Assembly: GCA_031459625.1 (NCBI GenBank)
Contig: JAVKIH010000009.1
Location: forward strand, 1-64,000
Length of the DNA: 64,000 bases
From: Candidatus Geohabitans tengchongensis
GTDB taxonomy: Bacteria; Sysuimicrobiota; Sysuimicrobiia; Sysuimicrobiales; Humicultoraceae
Direction of reading: 5' to 3'
Part shown: piece after piece, positions 1-11,101 of the stretch
How positions within the stretch are numbered: the stretch's first letter is position 1
How the letters are laid out: every line of letters begins with the position of its first letter
The notes under the pieces: generated by a model
The model's database searches: none
The model's input: the letters and a program-made list of their open reading frames with translations, nothing else
What the model was told of the DNA's origin: nothing
Made by a program: the position numbers and the translations under genes

Positions 1-1014
1 TGGTCGAAGGCTACATGGACGTGCTGGCCTGCCACCAGTTCGGGGTGCGGAACGCCGTGGCCACGCTGGGGACGGCGCTCACGGTGGACCATGTCCGCCT
101 GCTGCGGCGGGTGGCCCCACGCGTGGTCCTGGTCTACGACGCGGACGCGCCCGGTCTGGCGGCCACGGAGCGCGGGCTCGGGCTTTTCGAAGAGGCCGAG
201 GTGGCCGCCCGGGTGGCGGTGCTCCCCGAGGGCGATCCCGACGCCTTCCTGCGCCGGGCGGGTGCGGACAAGTTCCGGACGCTCGTGGATCAGGCCCTGC
301 CAATGTTCGAGTTCCGGTTCGAGCAGGCGCTGGGCCGCCATGACACGCACACGGTAGAAGGAAGGGTGGCCCTGGCCGACGAAATGCTGGCTGTCATTGC
401 GTCTGTTGCCAATCCCGTCCGCCAGTCCGAATACGTCCGGATGGTGGCGGAACGCGCCGGCCTGGCCGAGGCGGCGTTGCGCCAGCGCCTGGCGGCCGGG
501 CCGCGCCGGGGCAACTCCGGCCGCCCCGCGCCGCCCCCGGTCCTCGAGCCCGCGTCGGGACGCGAGCGGGCCGAGCACGACCTGGTCTGGCTGATGGTGC
601 ACGACCTGCAGGCCCGCGCCGCGGTGCGGCGGCACCTGCAGGCGGCGGATTTCGAGCATCCCCGGTACGCCAAGCTGGCGCGCGTCCTGCTGGAGAGCGA
701 CGAGGCGGCCGAGGCCCTGTGCGATCGGGTCGACGCGGAGGCGGTCGCCGACCTGACGCGCCTGCTGTTTAGGCCGGTGGACCTGGCGGAAAAGGTCAGG
801 GAGCGGGTGCTGACGGACTGCGTCCGGCTGCTGCAGGCCGAACGGCTGCGCGCCGCGCAGGACCGGGTCAGCCGCGAGCTCGCCGCCGCCGAGCGGGCGG
901 GCGATGTCGGGCGATTGCGACAGCTGCAGGCGGAGGTCCTGCGGCTGCAGCTGGCGGTGCGGCGCCTGCGTGCGGGCACCGCCGAGGGGGCTCCCCGGAA
1001 GGGGGGTGATGGCG

Positions 1015-2145
<1,131 letters not shown>

Positions 2146-2183
2146 CCGCCCCGCGGGCCACGGCGGCGGGTGCGGTCGACCCT

Positions 2184-2216
2184 GCACGCCCGCCGGGATC
2201 GTCCCGGCGGGCGTGC
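2184..2216. terminator. Perfect 15-bp stem hairpin between convergent genes (putative terminator)
   Basis: GCACGCCCGCCGGGA-TCG-TCCCGGCGGGCGTGC downstream of the rpoD stop; no U-tract. Confidence 0.6.
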
Positions 2217-2279
2217 TCCTCGTCCGCAACCGGGGATCGCCCGCGGCGGGCCGCCGTCCTGCGGGGGATCACCCTCGCG

Positions 2280-2867
2280 TCATCGCCCGCCCGTCGCCGC
2301 CAGCCCGGCCACCAGGCCGCACCACACGGTCGGCGGGACGGCCGCAGCGAACCAGACCGTGACCGGATGGCCGGCGACGAGGAGGTGGACCGCCACCCCG
2401 CCGCCGGCCCCCGGGCAGCGCGCCGCCGGTCCTGACGCGTAGAGGGCCGCCCGGCACCCCGGCTGCGCCCGCTGCGCCGTCAGCCACGCTGTCGGATTGT
2501 CGACCCGTCCCGGGACCTCGAGGCGGGCCACAACAGCCGCCGCAGCACGAAAGCGCAGCGTCCGCCCCTCCACCTGGACCGTCCACGTGGGGGGATACGC
2601 AAGCCGCAGGCCCAGGGCCGGCAGATCCAGGCGCCGCCATCCTGCAGCAGGCCCGTCTTCCAGCCGGCAGGGCCGGGAGAGGCGAGGAAGTGGGGGGAGG
2701 TCCGGTCCTGCCGGTGCCGCTCCCACGGGGCGCGCGGAGAGCCCGGTCCCCGCCGGTGCCACCCCCATGGGGAGCGCGGAGAGGCCGGGCCCGGCCGGCC
2801 CTGCCCAGAGGGGAGGGCAGCGGGCCAGGGCCAGCAGCGCCGCCATCACGAGGCCCGTCTTCCGCAT
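2280..2867 (-). CDS. Hypothetical exported protein
   Basis: Signal-peptide-like N-terminus MRKTGLVMAALLALA; GAGGAGG SD; LRLAYPPTWTV segment; follows the Asp-box gene in the same orientation. Confidence 0.6.
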   Translation of the reverse strand: MRKTGLVMAALLALARCPPLWAGPAGPGLSALPMGVAPAGTGLSARPVGAAPAGPDLPPLPRLSRPCRLEDGPAAGWRRLDLPALGLRLAYPPTWTVQVEGRTLRFRAAAAVVARLEVPGRVDNPTAWLTAQRAQPGCRAALYASGPAARCPGAGGGVAVHLLVAGHPVTVWFAAAVPPTVWCGLVAGLAATGGR

Positions 2868-2874
2868 GTCCTCC

Positions 2875-4642
2875 TCAGGGCTGGGCGAAGAAGACGGTGG
2901 GGATCAGGTTCACCGCCCCGTTGTTCCGCCCGTCCGCCCAGGTGATGAGGGCCCGGTCCTTCACCGCCCGCACGTCGATGTAGTCACCGAAGTTGGGGAT
3001 GATGCTGTTGAGCGGTGTGGCCCGGCACCAGTTGGTGGTCCGGGTGGTCACGCGGGCCGGGGAGCTCCAGGTCTGCCCCCCGTCGAGCGAGCGCACCAGG
3101 AAGACGTCCACCAGCGAGCTCACCCGGCTCTGGCGCAGGATCGGGTTGTCCAGCGGACCTCCCACTCGCACCGAGCACTCCAGGTCGTTGGGGTCCTTCG
3201 TCACGTTCACCTCGCGGCTCTGATAGTAGACGACCGTGGCCACGCCCCGCCCGTCGACCGCCACCGCCGGCCAGAACTGGATGCGCCGGTCGGCCCGCCG
3301 GTGCAGCGGGATGGGGGCGCTCCAGTGCTCCCCCTGGTCGTCGGAGAAGATCACGTAGACGTCGGTGTCCTGCCCGAAGGGTGCCGTCCCGGCGGCGGCC
3401 CGGCAGTCCTGGTAGGTGACGAGGATCCGCCCGGCGTGCTTGCCCGTCCGGATGACGTCGATGCGCGGGAAGTCGTTGGTGACGGTGCGGTTGTAGCCGG
3501 CCGGCGGGTTGAGCGCCCCGGAGCAGAGGGAGACCAGCGTCCGCCGCGACCCGAAGCTCTGCCCCTGGTCCAGCGAGCGGCGGAAGGCGATGGTGGCCCG
3601 CGGCAGCCCACTGGGTCCCCCCGCCCAGGAGCGGCGCGAACCAGCCGCGCTCCCAGACGATGTACAGCTCCCCGCTGGGGCCTACCGCGGGGGCGGAGCC
3701 CTGGTTCACGATGCCGTCCTGGCCGCAGGTCGGATCCTTGGGATCCGTGACGAAGGCCTCGTCCGGCTGGACGATCCGCCGGCTCCAGGTCGTCCCTCCG
3801 TCGAGGGAGCGGTAGAGTTCGATCTGCCCGAAGCCGAAGAACGGCTGGCGGCACAGCTCGATGAAGTTGGTCACGGTCACGTAGACGGCGCTCCCGTCGG
3901 CGGTCATGGCCTCCTTGTCGAGGAAGTCGTCGGGGTAGTTGGGCGACTGGAGGAGGACGGCGTCCGTCCAGGCGAAGCCCTTGCCGCTGAAGCGCCCCCG
4001 GTGGACGCTCACGCCCGCCGGCGGACCCGCCGGGTCCTGGTCCTCCCACACCGCCAAATTGCTGAAGTAGAGGGTCGTCTCCCCCTTCCCGGTTCCTGCG
4101 GCGGCCAGCCAGGGGTCGCCGCGCGTGACGTAGCGCCCGGTGGCACTCTGCCCGCGCCTCCCGGGACCCAGCGCGACCACCGAGCCGGGTGGGGGAGCCC
4201 CGGCGTCGGTCCAGCTCGCCCCGCCGTTGGTGGAGACGCCAAAGCCCGACAGCCCCAGGGCCGGTGGGGGGCCGAAGGGGGCGAAGGCGAACCCCTCGCC
4301 GTCGTTCCAGCCGGCGACGAGCTTCTGCCCGTCGGGGGTCGACGCCAGTGTGGTCTCGCTCGCCCCCACGCGCAGGGAGTCGCCGGGGCGCTGGCGCTTG
4401 CTGACCTGGACGTTGGTTACGGTCTCGGCCTCCTCCGTCGGGGCGTTCCCCACCCTGGCCTGCCCGGCGGCCGTAGGGGAGCCCTCGCCGGGATCCGGGG
4501 GCACTGGCGACATCCGGACCAGCCGCTTCAACTCCCGCGAGCTGGGGGCGGTCGACTGGCCGTAGCCCAGCGCCACGACCAGGACGACGAGGAGACCGGC
4601 CATGCTCACCACGGCAAACCCTCTGCGGGTGCGCCAGCGCAT
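2875..4642 (-). pseudogene. Secreted BNR/Asp-box (sialidase-like beta-propeller) protein, frameshifted as assembled
   Basis: Signal peptide; Asp-boxes STNGGASW, SLDGGTTW, SLDQGQSF, SDDQGEHW, SLDGGQTW split over two frames; removing one C from the C6 run at 3617-3622 joins them. Confidence 0.8.
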
Positions 4643-4918
4643 TGCTTTCCCCTCCCGGCAGTCCGCGCGTCGGCCCCACAGGGCTCCCCGACCGGAGGCG
4701 CTTCCCGCCGGTGCAGGCCCGCAGGTCGACCGCGCGCTGGATGATGGGTGGTTCCCGGGAAGATTGCGGGGGGTCCAGAGCTCTTCCTTCCACCGTTTGG
4801 AGGAGCTCGAACCGGTGACGGGAACAGGCAGGGGGCAGGACCCGTGCTGTCCGCGGGCCGGGCCAGACCGCCCCGCGGGGCGTGTTGATTCAGTTGACCC
4901 GGAGTCGCAGCACATCGA

Positions 4919-4963
4919 TGAGGCAATGCCCCGGCCTCGCTTGGATGCACTGTGAGGCAATGC
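4919..4963. repeat. 11-bp direct repeat TGAGGCAATGC x2 in a divergent promoter region
   Basis: Exact copies at 4919-4929 and 4953-4963. Confidence 0.6.
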
Positions 4964-4968
4964 GGCGT

Positions 4969-4998
4969 TTGACACGGCTCCGCGGAGTGTGGGACGAT
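4969..4998 (+). promoter_or_regulatory. Putative sigma70-type promoter for ahcY
   Basis: TTGACA-N18-GACGAT. Confidence 0.4.
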
Positions 4999-5070
4999 GC
5001 ATCGTTACGTCGAGCCGGGAGCGTCTGGCCGGCCGGGGCATCAGGCCGGGAGTGGTCCGTGTGAGGGGCG

Positions 5071-6348
5071 GTGGCTGCCGTGGAACCGGTGGGGATGGCC
5101 TTTGACGTACGAGACCTGGCCCTGACCGCCGCCGGCCGGGCCCGGCTGGCCTGGGCGGAGCGGGAGATGCCCGTGCTGGCCCGCCTCCGCCAGCGCTTCG
5201 CCCGCGAGCGCCCTCTGGCCGGCATCCGCATCGCCGCCTGCCTCCACGTCACCACCGAGACCGGGATCCTCATGCGGACGCTGGTCGCCGGCGGAGCCAC
5301 GGTCCGGCTGTGCGCCAGCAACCCGCTCTCGACGCAGGACGACGTGGCCGCCGCGCTGGTGGAGGAGCAGATCCCCGTCTTCGCCATCAAGGGGGAGGAC
5401 CGCGACACCTACTACCGCCACATCGGCCAGGCTCTGGACATTCGCCCCCACGTGACGATGGACGACGGGGCCGACCTCGTCTCCACCATCCACAGCGCTC
5501 GCACCGAGCTCCTGGCGGAGGTCATCGGCGGCACGGAGGAGACCACCACCGGCGTGGTCCGCCTGCGGGCAATGGCGCGCGACGGCGTCCTGCGTTACCC
5601 CATTATCGCCGTGAACGACGCCCGGACGAAGCGCCTCTTCGACAACCGCTACGGGACCGGCCAGTCCACCATCGACGGCATCCTCCGCGCCACCAACCTC
5701 CTGCTGGCCGGGCGGGTCGTCGTCGTCTGCGGCTACGGGCCCGTCGGCCGGGGCGTGGCGATGCGGGCGCGGGGGATGGGGGCCCGGGTGATCGTCACCG
5801 AGGTGGACCCGCTGCCGGCGCTGGAAGCGGTGATGGAAGGCTACCAGGTCATGCCTTTGCTGGAGGCGGCCGCGCTGGGGGACCTCTTCATCACCGCCAC
5901 CGGCAACCGCGACGTCATCCGGCGGGAGCACTTCGAGCGGATGAAGGACGGGGTCATCCTGGGAAACAGCGGGCACTTCAACGTGGAGATCGACGTCGCC
6001 GCCCTGGCGGATCTGGCCCGCAGCCGGCGGACGGTGCGCCCTTACGTGGAGGAGTTCCTCCTCCAGGACGGCCGTCGCCTCTACCTGCTGGCGGAAGGGC
6101 GTCTAGTCAACCTGGCGACCGCGGAGGGGCACCCCGCGGCGGTCATGGACATGAGCTTCGCCAACCAGGCCCTGGCCGTGGAGTACCTGGTGCGGGAAGG
6201 CCGCGGGCTGCGCCCCGACGTCTACCCGGTCCCGCAGGCGCTCGACGACCAGGTGGCCGCCCTCAAGCTCGCGGCCATGGGCGTGGCGATCGATACCCTC
6301 ACCCCCGAGCAGCAGCGCTACCTGAGCTCCTGGGAAGAGGGCACCTGA
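5071..6348 (+). CDS. ahcY: Adenosylhomocysteinase (SAH hydrolase)
   Basis: [61 protein letters not shown]; alternative start ATG 5095. Confidence 0.97.
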   Translation: MAAVEPVGMAFDVRDLALTAAGRARLAWAEREMPVLARLRQRFARERPLAGIRIAACLHVTTETGILMRTLVAGGATVRLCASNPLSTQDDVAAALVEEQIPVFAIKGEDRDTYYRHIGQALDIRPHVTMDDGADLVSTIHSARTELLAEVIGGTEETTTGVVRLRAMARDGVLRYPIIAVNDARTKRLFDNRYGTGQSTIDGILRATNLLLAGRVVVVCGYGPVGRGVAMRARGMGARVIVTEVDPLPALEAVMEGYQVMPLLEAAALGDLFITATGNRDVIRREHFERMKDGVILGNSGHFNVEIDVAALADLARSRRTVRPYVEEFLLQDGRRLYLLAEGRLVNLATAEGHPAAVMDMSFANQALAVEYLVREGRGLRPDVYPVPQALDDQVAALKLAAMGVAIDTLTPEQQRYLSSWEEGT

Positions 6349-6401
6349 GCCGCGCCGTCGACCCCCCCTGAAATTTCCGCGCCGCTGCCGATGAGCAGGA
6401 T

Positions 6402-7274
6402 GTGGCGGACCCTGGGCGGGGATGGGGCGGAGGGGGCCGGGCTGGCCGTGGATGGGCCGGGCGATGGGCCGGGCGTGAGTGGGCGCTCGGTGTACTCGGC
6501 GGCCTCTCCGCGCTCCTCTTTCCCCCGCGGTGTGCAGGCTGCCACCGGCCCGGCCCGGTGGGCCTGTGCGCGGACTGTCTGCGGGGCCTGGCGGGGATCG
6601 CGGTCCCCCTCTGCGGTCGGTGTGGCGTCCCGGTGCTGGACGGTCGCGCGACCGGCGGTCGTCTCTGCGTCCGGTGCCTCCTCCACCCGCCGCCCTTCCG
6701 GACCGTGCGGGCGCTGGGGCTCTTCCAGGGTCATCTGCGCCGGGCCGTCCACCGCTTCAAGTTCGCTGCGGCGGTGGACGTTGGCCGTGCCCTGGGCCGG
6801 CAGCTGGGGGAGGCGCTCGCCCGGGAGGGGGTGGTCGCCGCCCGGGCGGTGCTGGTCCCGGTCCCCGCCCACCCGGACGCCCTGCGCGCACGGGGCTACC
6901 ATCCGGCGGCGATCCTGGCGCGCGCCGTGGCGGAGGTCCTGCGCCTCCCGCTCCTGGAGGAGGCGCTCAGGCGAATCCGGGCGGGCCCTCCGCAACGCGG
7001 TCTGGGGTATGCCGACCGGGTGCGCAACGTGCGTCACGCCTTTGCCTCCACGCCGCTGGCGTCGTCGGTAGGGTGTCGGCCCGTCTGGCTCGTGGACGAC
7101 GTCATGACGAGCGGCGCGACGGCGGCGGCCTGTGCCGAGCTGCTGCTCGCCACAGGCGCAGCATCCGTCAGCGTGGCTGTGGTCGCCCGTGCGGTCCTCC
7201 CACCGACGGCGACGTCAGGTGGAGGAGCGGCAGGCGCGCCACCGAGCACAGGCCCGCGGGGGCCTCCAGGATGA
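6402..7274 (+). CDS. comF: ComF family protein (double zinc ribbon plus PRTase)
   Basis: LFPPRCAGC, CADC, CGRC, CVRC, RGYHPA, LVDDVMTSGAT; start uncertain. Confidence 0.88.
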   Translation: MADPGRGWGGGGRAGRGWAGRWAGREWALGVLGGLSALLFPPRCAGCHRPGPVGLCADCLRGLAGIAVPLCGRCGVPVLDGRATGGRLCVRCLLHPPPFRTVRALGLFQGHLRRAVHRFKFAAAVDVGRALGRQLGEALAREGVVAARAVLVPVPAHPDALRARGYHPAAILARAVAEVLRLPLLEEALRRIRAGPPQRGLGYADRVRNVRHAFASTPLASSVGCRPVWLVDDVMTSGATAAACAELLLATGAASVSVAVVARAVLPPTATSGGGAAGAPPSTGPRGPPG

Positions 7275-8163
7275 GCGGGAGGGCATTCGCGACGATGGCC
7301 CAGGTGGCCACGTCACCGTGGATGCCCCCCGCCACCTCCAGCTGAAGCATGGGGTGCCCATAGAGAGTAACGGCATCGCGGCCGGGAAGCCCGACGGCCA
7401 TCTGCAGGTCGAGCCAAAGGGAAGGGGCCTCCGGGACGTCACCCGGGCGCCGGCCCCACACCACCTGATGGACGCCCGTGACCAGCCCGTCCGGGCCCAC
7501 CAGCGGGGCGATCTCCTCCCCCAGATCGGTGAGGTCCCATCCCAGCGCGTCTGCGATCATGGCGGCGGACTCGGGGAGGCCGACGTGTCCCAGGCGGCCT
7601 TCCCGCACCCCCGCCGCGAAAGCGGCCGGAGTGAGGCCCACACCCACTTTGTGCTGGAGCTGCTCCCGGCGGCGGCCCACGTCCACCCGGCGCTCCACCA
7701 CGACCCGGTCGACCCGCTCGCAGGGAGCGGTCAGGAGCAGGGGCAGGGCGTCCATGGCGAACCCCGGGTTCACCCCCAGGCCGACGACGGTGATCCCCCG
7801 GCGGCGCGCCAGCGCGTCCAGCCGGCGGGCGACCTCGGGGTACCTGCGCCAGGGGAAGGCCAACTCCTCGCAGGTCGAGGTGACGTGGAGGCCGGCTTCC
7901 ACCAGCGTCTCCAGCTGCGGCAACACGGCGAGCAACCGCGACCCGGTGGAGTGGACGGCGACCTGTGCGCCGGCCCGGAGGGCGTCGGCGGGGTCGGCCG
8001 TCACCTCGACCCCGAGCGGCGGTCCGTCGAGCAGGGTGCCCAGGTCCCGGCCGACCTTGGCCGGGTCGATGTCGACCGCGCCGACGATCTGGTGACCCCG
8101 CTCGAGGAGGACCCGGGCGATGCCCAGGCCGATCGGCCCAAGCCCGTAGTGGATGACCCTCAT
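7168..8163 (-). CDS. DapB-like NAD(P)-dependent dehydrogenase (2,4-diaminopentanoate/amine dehydrogenase family)
   Basis: MRVIHYGLGPIG Rossmann fold, TCEELAFP, GVNPGFAMD, HVGLPES, GGIHGDVAT. Confidence 0.8.
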   Translation of the reverse strand: MRVIHYGLGPIGLGIARVLLERGHQIVGAVDIDPAKVGRDLGTLLDGPPLGVEVTADPADALRAGAQVAVHSTGSRLLAVLPQLETLVEAGLHVTSTCEELAFPWRRYPEVARRLDALARRRGITVVGLGVNPGFAMDALPLLLTAPCERVDRVVVERRVDVGRRREQLQHKVGVGLTPAAFAAGVREGRLGHVGLPESAAMIADALGWDLTDLGEEIAPLVGPDGLVTGVHQVVWGRRPGDVPEAPSLWLDLQMAVGLPGRDAVTLYGHPMLQLEVAGGIHGDVATWAIVANALPLILEAPAGLCSVARLPLLHLTSPSVGGPHGRPQPR

Positions 8164-8264
8164 GCGCGGAATTCTACCAGCGCGCGGTCCTCCCGGGGTG
8201 GGGGCGGAGGGAGGGATGCCCCGGCAGTCGAAACCCGCACAGGACACCCAAGGAGGCGAGGCAC

Positions 8265-9452
8265 GTGGAGGCACGGTTGGCCGAGCGGATGGCCCTGCTG
8301 GGGACGGAGACGGCGTTCGAGGTGCTGGCCCGGGCCAAGGAGCTGGAACGCCAGGGCCGGCACATCGTTCACCTCGAGGTCGGCGAGCCCGACTTCGACA
8401 CCCCCGCGCACATCAAGGACGCGGCGGTCCGCGCCCTGCAGGAGGGCTACACCCACTACACGCCCACGGCAGGCCTGTGGGAGGCGCGTGAGGTGGTGGC
8501 CGAGTACGTGGCCCGCACGCGCCGCATCCCCGTCCAGCCCCAGGAGGTCGTCCTCACCACCGGCGCCAAACCGGTGATGTTCTTCGCCATGCTCATGCTG
8601 GTCGAGCCCGGCGACGAGGTGGTCGTGCCGAACCCGGGCTACCCCATCTACGAGTCGATGGCGCGCTTCGCCGGCGGGGCGGTGAAGCCGCTGCCGCTGC
8701 GCGAGCGCAACGACTTCCGCGTCGACCCCGAGGAGCTGCGCAGCCTGCTGTCGCCGCGGACGCGCCTGGTCGTCCTCAACTCCCCCCACAACCCGTGCGG
8801 CTCCGTCCTCACCGCCGACGACCTGACGGCGATCGCCGAGGCGGTGCAGCGGACGAATGCCTGGGTCCTCAGCGACGAGATCTACGGGCGCATCACCTAC
8901 GGGGTGGAAGCCCCGAGCATCGCCAGCCTGCCGGGGATGCAGGAGCGCACCATCATCCTGGACGGGTTCTCCAAGACCTACGCCATGACGGGGTGGCGGC
9001 TGGGGTACGGCGTGATGCCGGCAGCGCTGGCCGAGCGCATGACGCAGCTGGCCACCAACGCCACCTCCTGCCCGGCGGCTTTCACCCAGGTGGCCGGGAT
9101 GGAGGCGCTGCGCGGCCCGCAGGACGCCGTCGACCGCATGGTGGCGGAGTTCCGCCGTCGGCGCGACCACATCGTCCAAGGCCTGAACGCCATCGAGGGC
9201 ATCACCTGCCGGACCCCCCTGGGGGCGTTCTACGTCTTCCCCAACGTCACGGGCGTCGACGTCGACAGCCAGCGCTTCGCCAGCTTCCTCCTCAACGAGA
9301 TGGGGGTCGCAGTACTCGCCGGGACTGCCTTCGGGAGCTCCGGGCAGGGCTACCTGCGGCTCTCCTACGCCGCCTCCATCGCCGCCATCGACGAGGGGCT
9401 GCAGCGGATCGCCGAGGGGGTGCGCCGCTACCGCACGGTAGCCCGGGCCTGA
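8265..9452 (+). CDS. PLP-dependent class I/II aminotransferase (aspartate aminotransferase-like)
   Basis: GEPDFDTP, NSPHNP, SDEIY, GFSKTYAMTGWRLG, GAFYVFP; AAGGAGG SD. Confidence 0.93.
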   Translation: MEARLAERMALLGTETAFEVLARAKELERQGRHIVHLEVGEPDFDTPAHIKDAAVRALQEGYTHYTPTAGLWEAREVVAEYVARTRRIPVQPQEVVLTTGAKPVMFFAMLMLVEPGDEVVVPNPGYPIYESMARFAGGAVKPLPLRERNDFRVDPEELRSLLSPRTRLVVLNSPHNPCGSVLTADDLTAIAEAVQRTNAWVLSDEIYGRITYGVEAPSIASLPGMQERTIILDGFSKTYAMTGWRLGYGVMPAALAERMTQLATNATSCPAAFTQVAGMEALRGPQDAVDRMVAEFRRRRDHIVQGLNAIEGITCRTPLGAFYVFPNVTGVDVDSQRFASFLLNEMGVAVLAGTAFGSSGQGYLRLSYAASIAAIDEGLQRIAEGVRRYRTVARA

Positions 9453-9650
9453 GGTGTGCGGGGCTGGTGGCGCGCCGGACGACCCGCCGAGCAGAGAAGG
9501 GGACCCCGCCGGGCGTGGGTCGGGACGGGGTCCCCGGCAACGTGGTCGCCGGACCGGACTTGCTGGGGGGCGAGCAACCACGCGACCGTCGCAGCTCGGT
9601 GCGCCCCCCGGGTGGGGAGGTAGGCCCGCCGGTCCACGGACGGTTTTCCC

Positions 9651-9698
9651 CCGCTCCCGGCAGGTTAAACACGCCCGCGCCCGGCAGGTCGAGCACGC
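9651..9698. repeat. 24-bp imperfect tandem repeat upstream of the PAS gene
   Basis: CCGCTCCCGGCAGGTTAAACACGC followed by CCGCGCCCGGCAGGTCGAGCACGC. Confidence 0.6.
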
Positions 9699-9750
9699 CG
9701 TCTGCCTCCTCCCGCCCCGGACCCGCCGCCATGGGGACCGGCCCGGGGCG

Positions 9751-10143
9751 ATGAAGCAGTACCCGATCGAGCTCATCCTGATGCGCCAGCTGGCGGGCTA
9801 CCTAGCCGTGCCAGTCTTCCTGGTGGACGCCGAGGGCACGCTCCTCTTCTACAACGAACCGGCCGAGGCACTGCTGGGCCGTCGCTTCGACGAAGCGGGC
9901 GAGATGCCGCTGGAACACTGGGCGACCGCGTTTCACCCTACCGACGAGCGTGGCCGGCCCCTCTCCCCCGCGGAGCTCCCGCTGGTCGTCGCCCTGCGAG
10001 AGCGCCGGCCTATGCAGCGGGCCTTTTGGATCGAAGGTCTCGACGGCGTCAGGCGGCGGCTGGAGGTCGTGGCCCTGCCGCTGGTGGGGCAGGGGGACCG
10101 CTTCCTCGGCGGGATGGCGGCGTTCTGGGAGTCGGGCCCGTGA
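9751..10143 (+). CDS. Stand-alone PAS domain protein
   Basis: PVFLVDAEGTLLFYNEPAEALLG, a PAS signature; 130 aa from ATG 9751. Confidence 0.85.
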   Translation: MKQYPIELILMRQLAGYLAVPVFLVDAEGTLLFYNEPAEALLGRRFDEAGEMPLEHWATAFHPTDERGRPLSPAELPLVVALRERRPMQRAFWIEGLDGVRRRLEVVALPLVGQGDRFLGGMAAFWESGP

Positions 10144-10222
10144 GCCAGCCTGCCCCCGGCGGGAACGGGCGCCGGGCCGGGCACCGGGGCCTGCGCCCGG
10201 CAGCGGCAGCAGGGGCTGAGGC

Positions 10223-11101
10223 ATGAGGGTCACGGTGTGGGGCACTCGCGGGTCGCTGCCCAGCGCCGGACCGGAGACGGTGCGGTACGGCGGCAACACC
10301 GCCTGCGTGGAGGTCCGGGGGCGCGCCGGCACGGTCCTCATCCTGGACGCCGGGACGGGACTGCGGCGGCTCGGCGCGGCGTTGCCCGGCGACCTGCCGC
10401 GCGTGGACATCCTGCTCACCCACCTGCACCTGGACCACCTGCAGGGGCTGGGGTTCTTCCCGCCGCTCTTCCGCGAGGGGACAGCGGTGCACATTTGGGG
10501 CCCGCCCTCCACGACCCAGGACCTGCGGACGCGGCTCGCCCGCTACCTCTCCCCGCCGCTCTTCCCCATGCCGCTGCGCGACGTGCCCGGGCAGCTCGTC
10601 CTGCACGACCTGCCGCTCGCGCCGTTCGCACTCGGCGAGTTCGAGGTCGACGCGGACCTCGTCTGCCATCCGGGGCCCACGGCGGGCCTGCGCATCGCCG
10701 AGGACGGGGCGGTGCTCGCCTACCTCCCCGACCACGAGCCGGCGCTGTGCGCGCGCCGCTTCCCCGACGAGCCCGCGTGGACCTCGGGGTACGCGGTGGC
10801 GGCGGGCGCCGACCTGCTCATCCACGACGCGCAGTACACGCCCGACGAGTACGCCCGGCACGTCGGGTGGGGGCACAGCGCCTTTCCGCACGCGCTGGCC
10901 TTCGCCCGCCTGGCCGGCGTGCGCCGGCTGATGACGTTCCACCACGACCCCGCGCACGCCGACGACCTACTCGACGCCCTGATGGCCACAGCGCCCCGCG
11001 ACCTCCCCTTCGAGCTCCTCCCCGGGCGGGAAGGGACGACGGTGGAGGTGGGGCCGCGCGTCGGGGCGGACGGCCAGGGCGAGGCGCCGCGCCAGGCCTG
11101 A
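10223..11101 (+). CDS. MBL-fold metallo-hydrolase (phosphodiesterase/RNase Z-like)
   Basis: GTRGS, YGGNTAC, LDAGTG, THLHLDH, HDAQY, WGHS, FHHDP. Confidence 0.9.
   Translation: MRVTVWGTRGSLPSAGPETVRYGGNTACVEVRGRAGTVLILDAGTGLRRLGAALPGDLPRVDILLTHLHLDHLQGLGFFPPLFREGTAVHIWGPPSTTQDLRTRLARYLSPPLFPMPLRDVPGQLVLHDLPLAPFALGEFEVDADLVCHPGPTAGLRIAEDGAVLAYLPDHEPALCARRFPDEPAWTSGYAVAAGADLLIHDAQYTPDEYARHVGWGHSAFPHALAFARLAGVRRLMTFHHDPAHADDLLDALMATAPRDLPFELLPGREGTTVEVGPRVGADGQGEAPRQA

Noticed and set aside
5010..5070. Possible SAH riboswitch upstream of ahcY (CCGGGAGCG...CAGGCCGG)
   Set aside because: Only loose similarity, and the downstream CGCTC pseudoknot partner is missing; an Rfam scan would be needed
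8968..9000. About 30-nt identity with the region near 61310
   Set aside because: It encodes the conserved FSKTYAMTGWR motif of two paralogous aminotransferases and is not a mobile repeat
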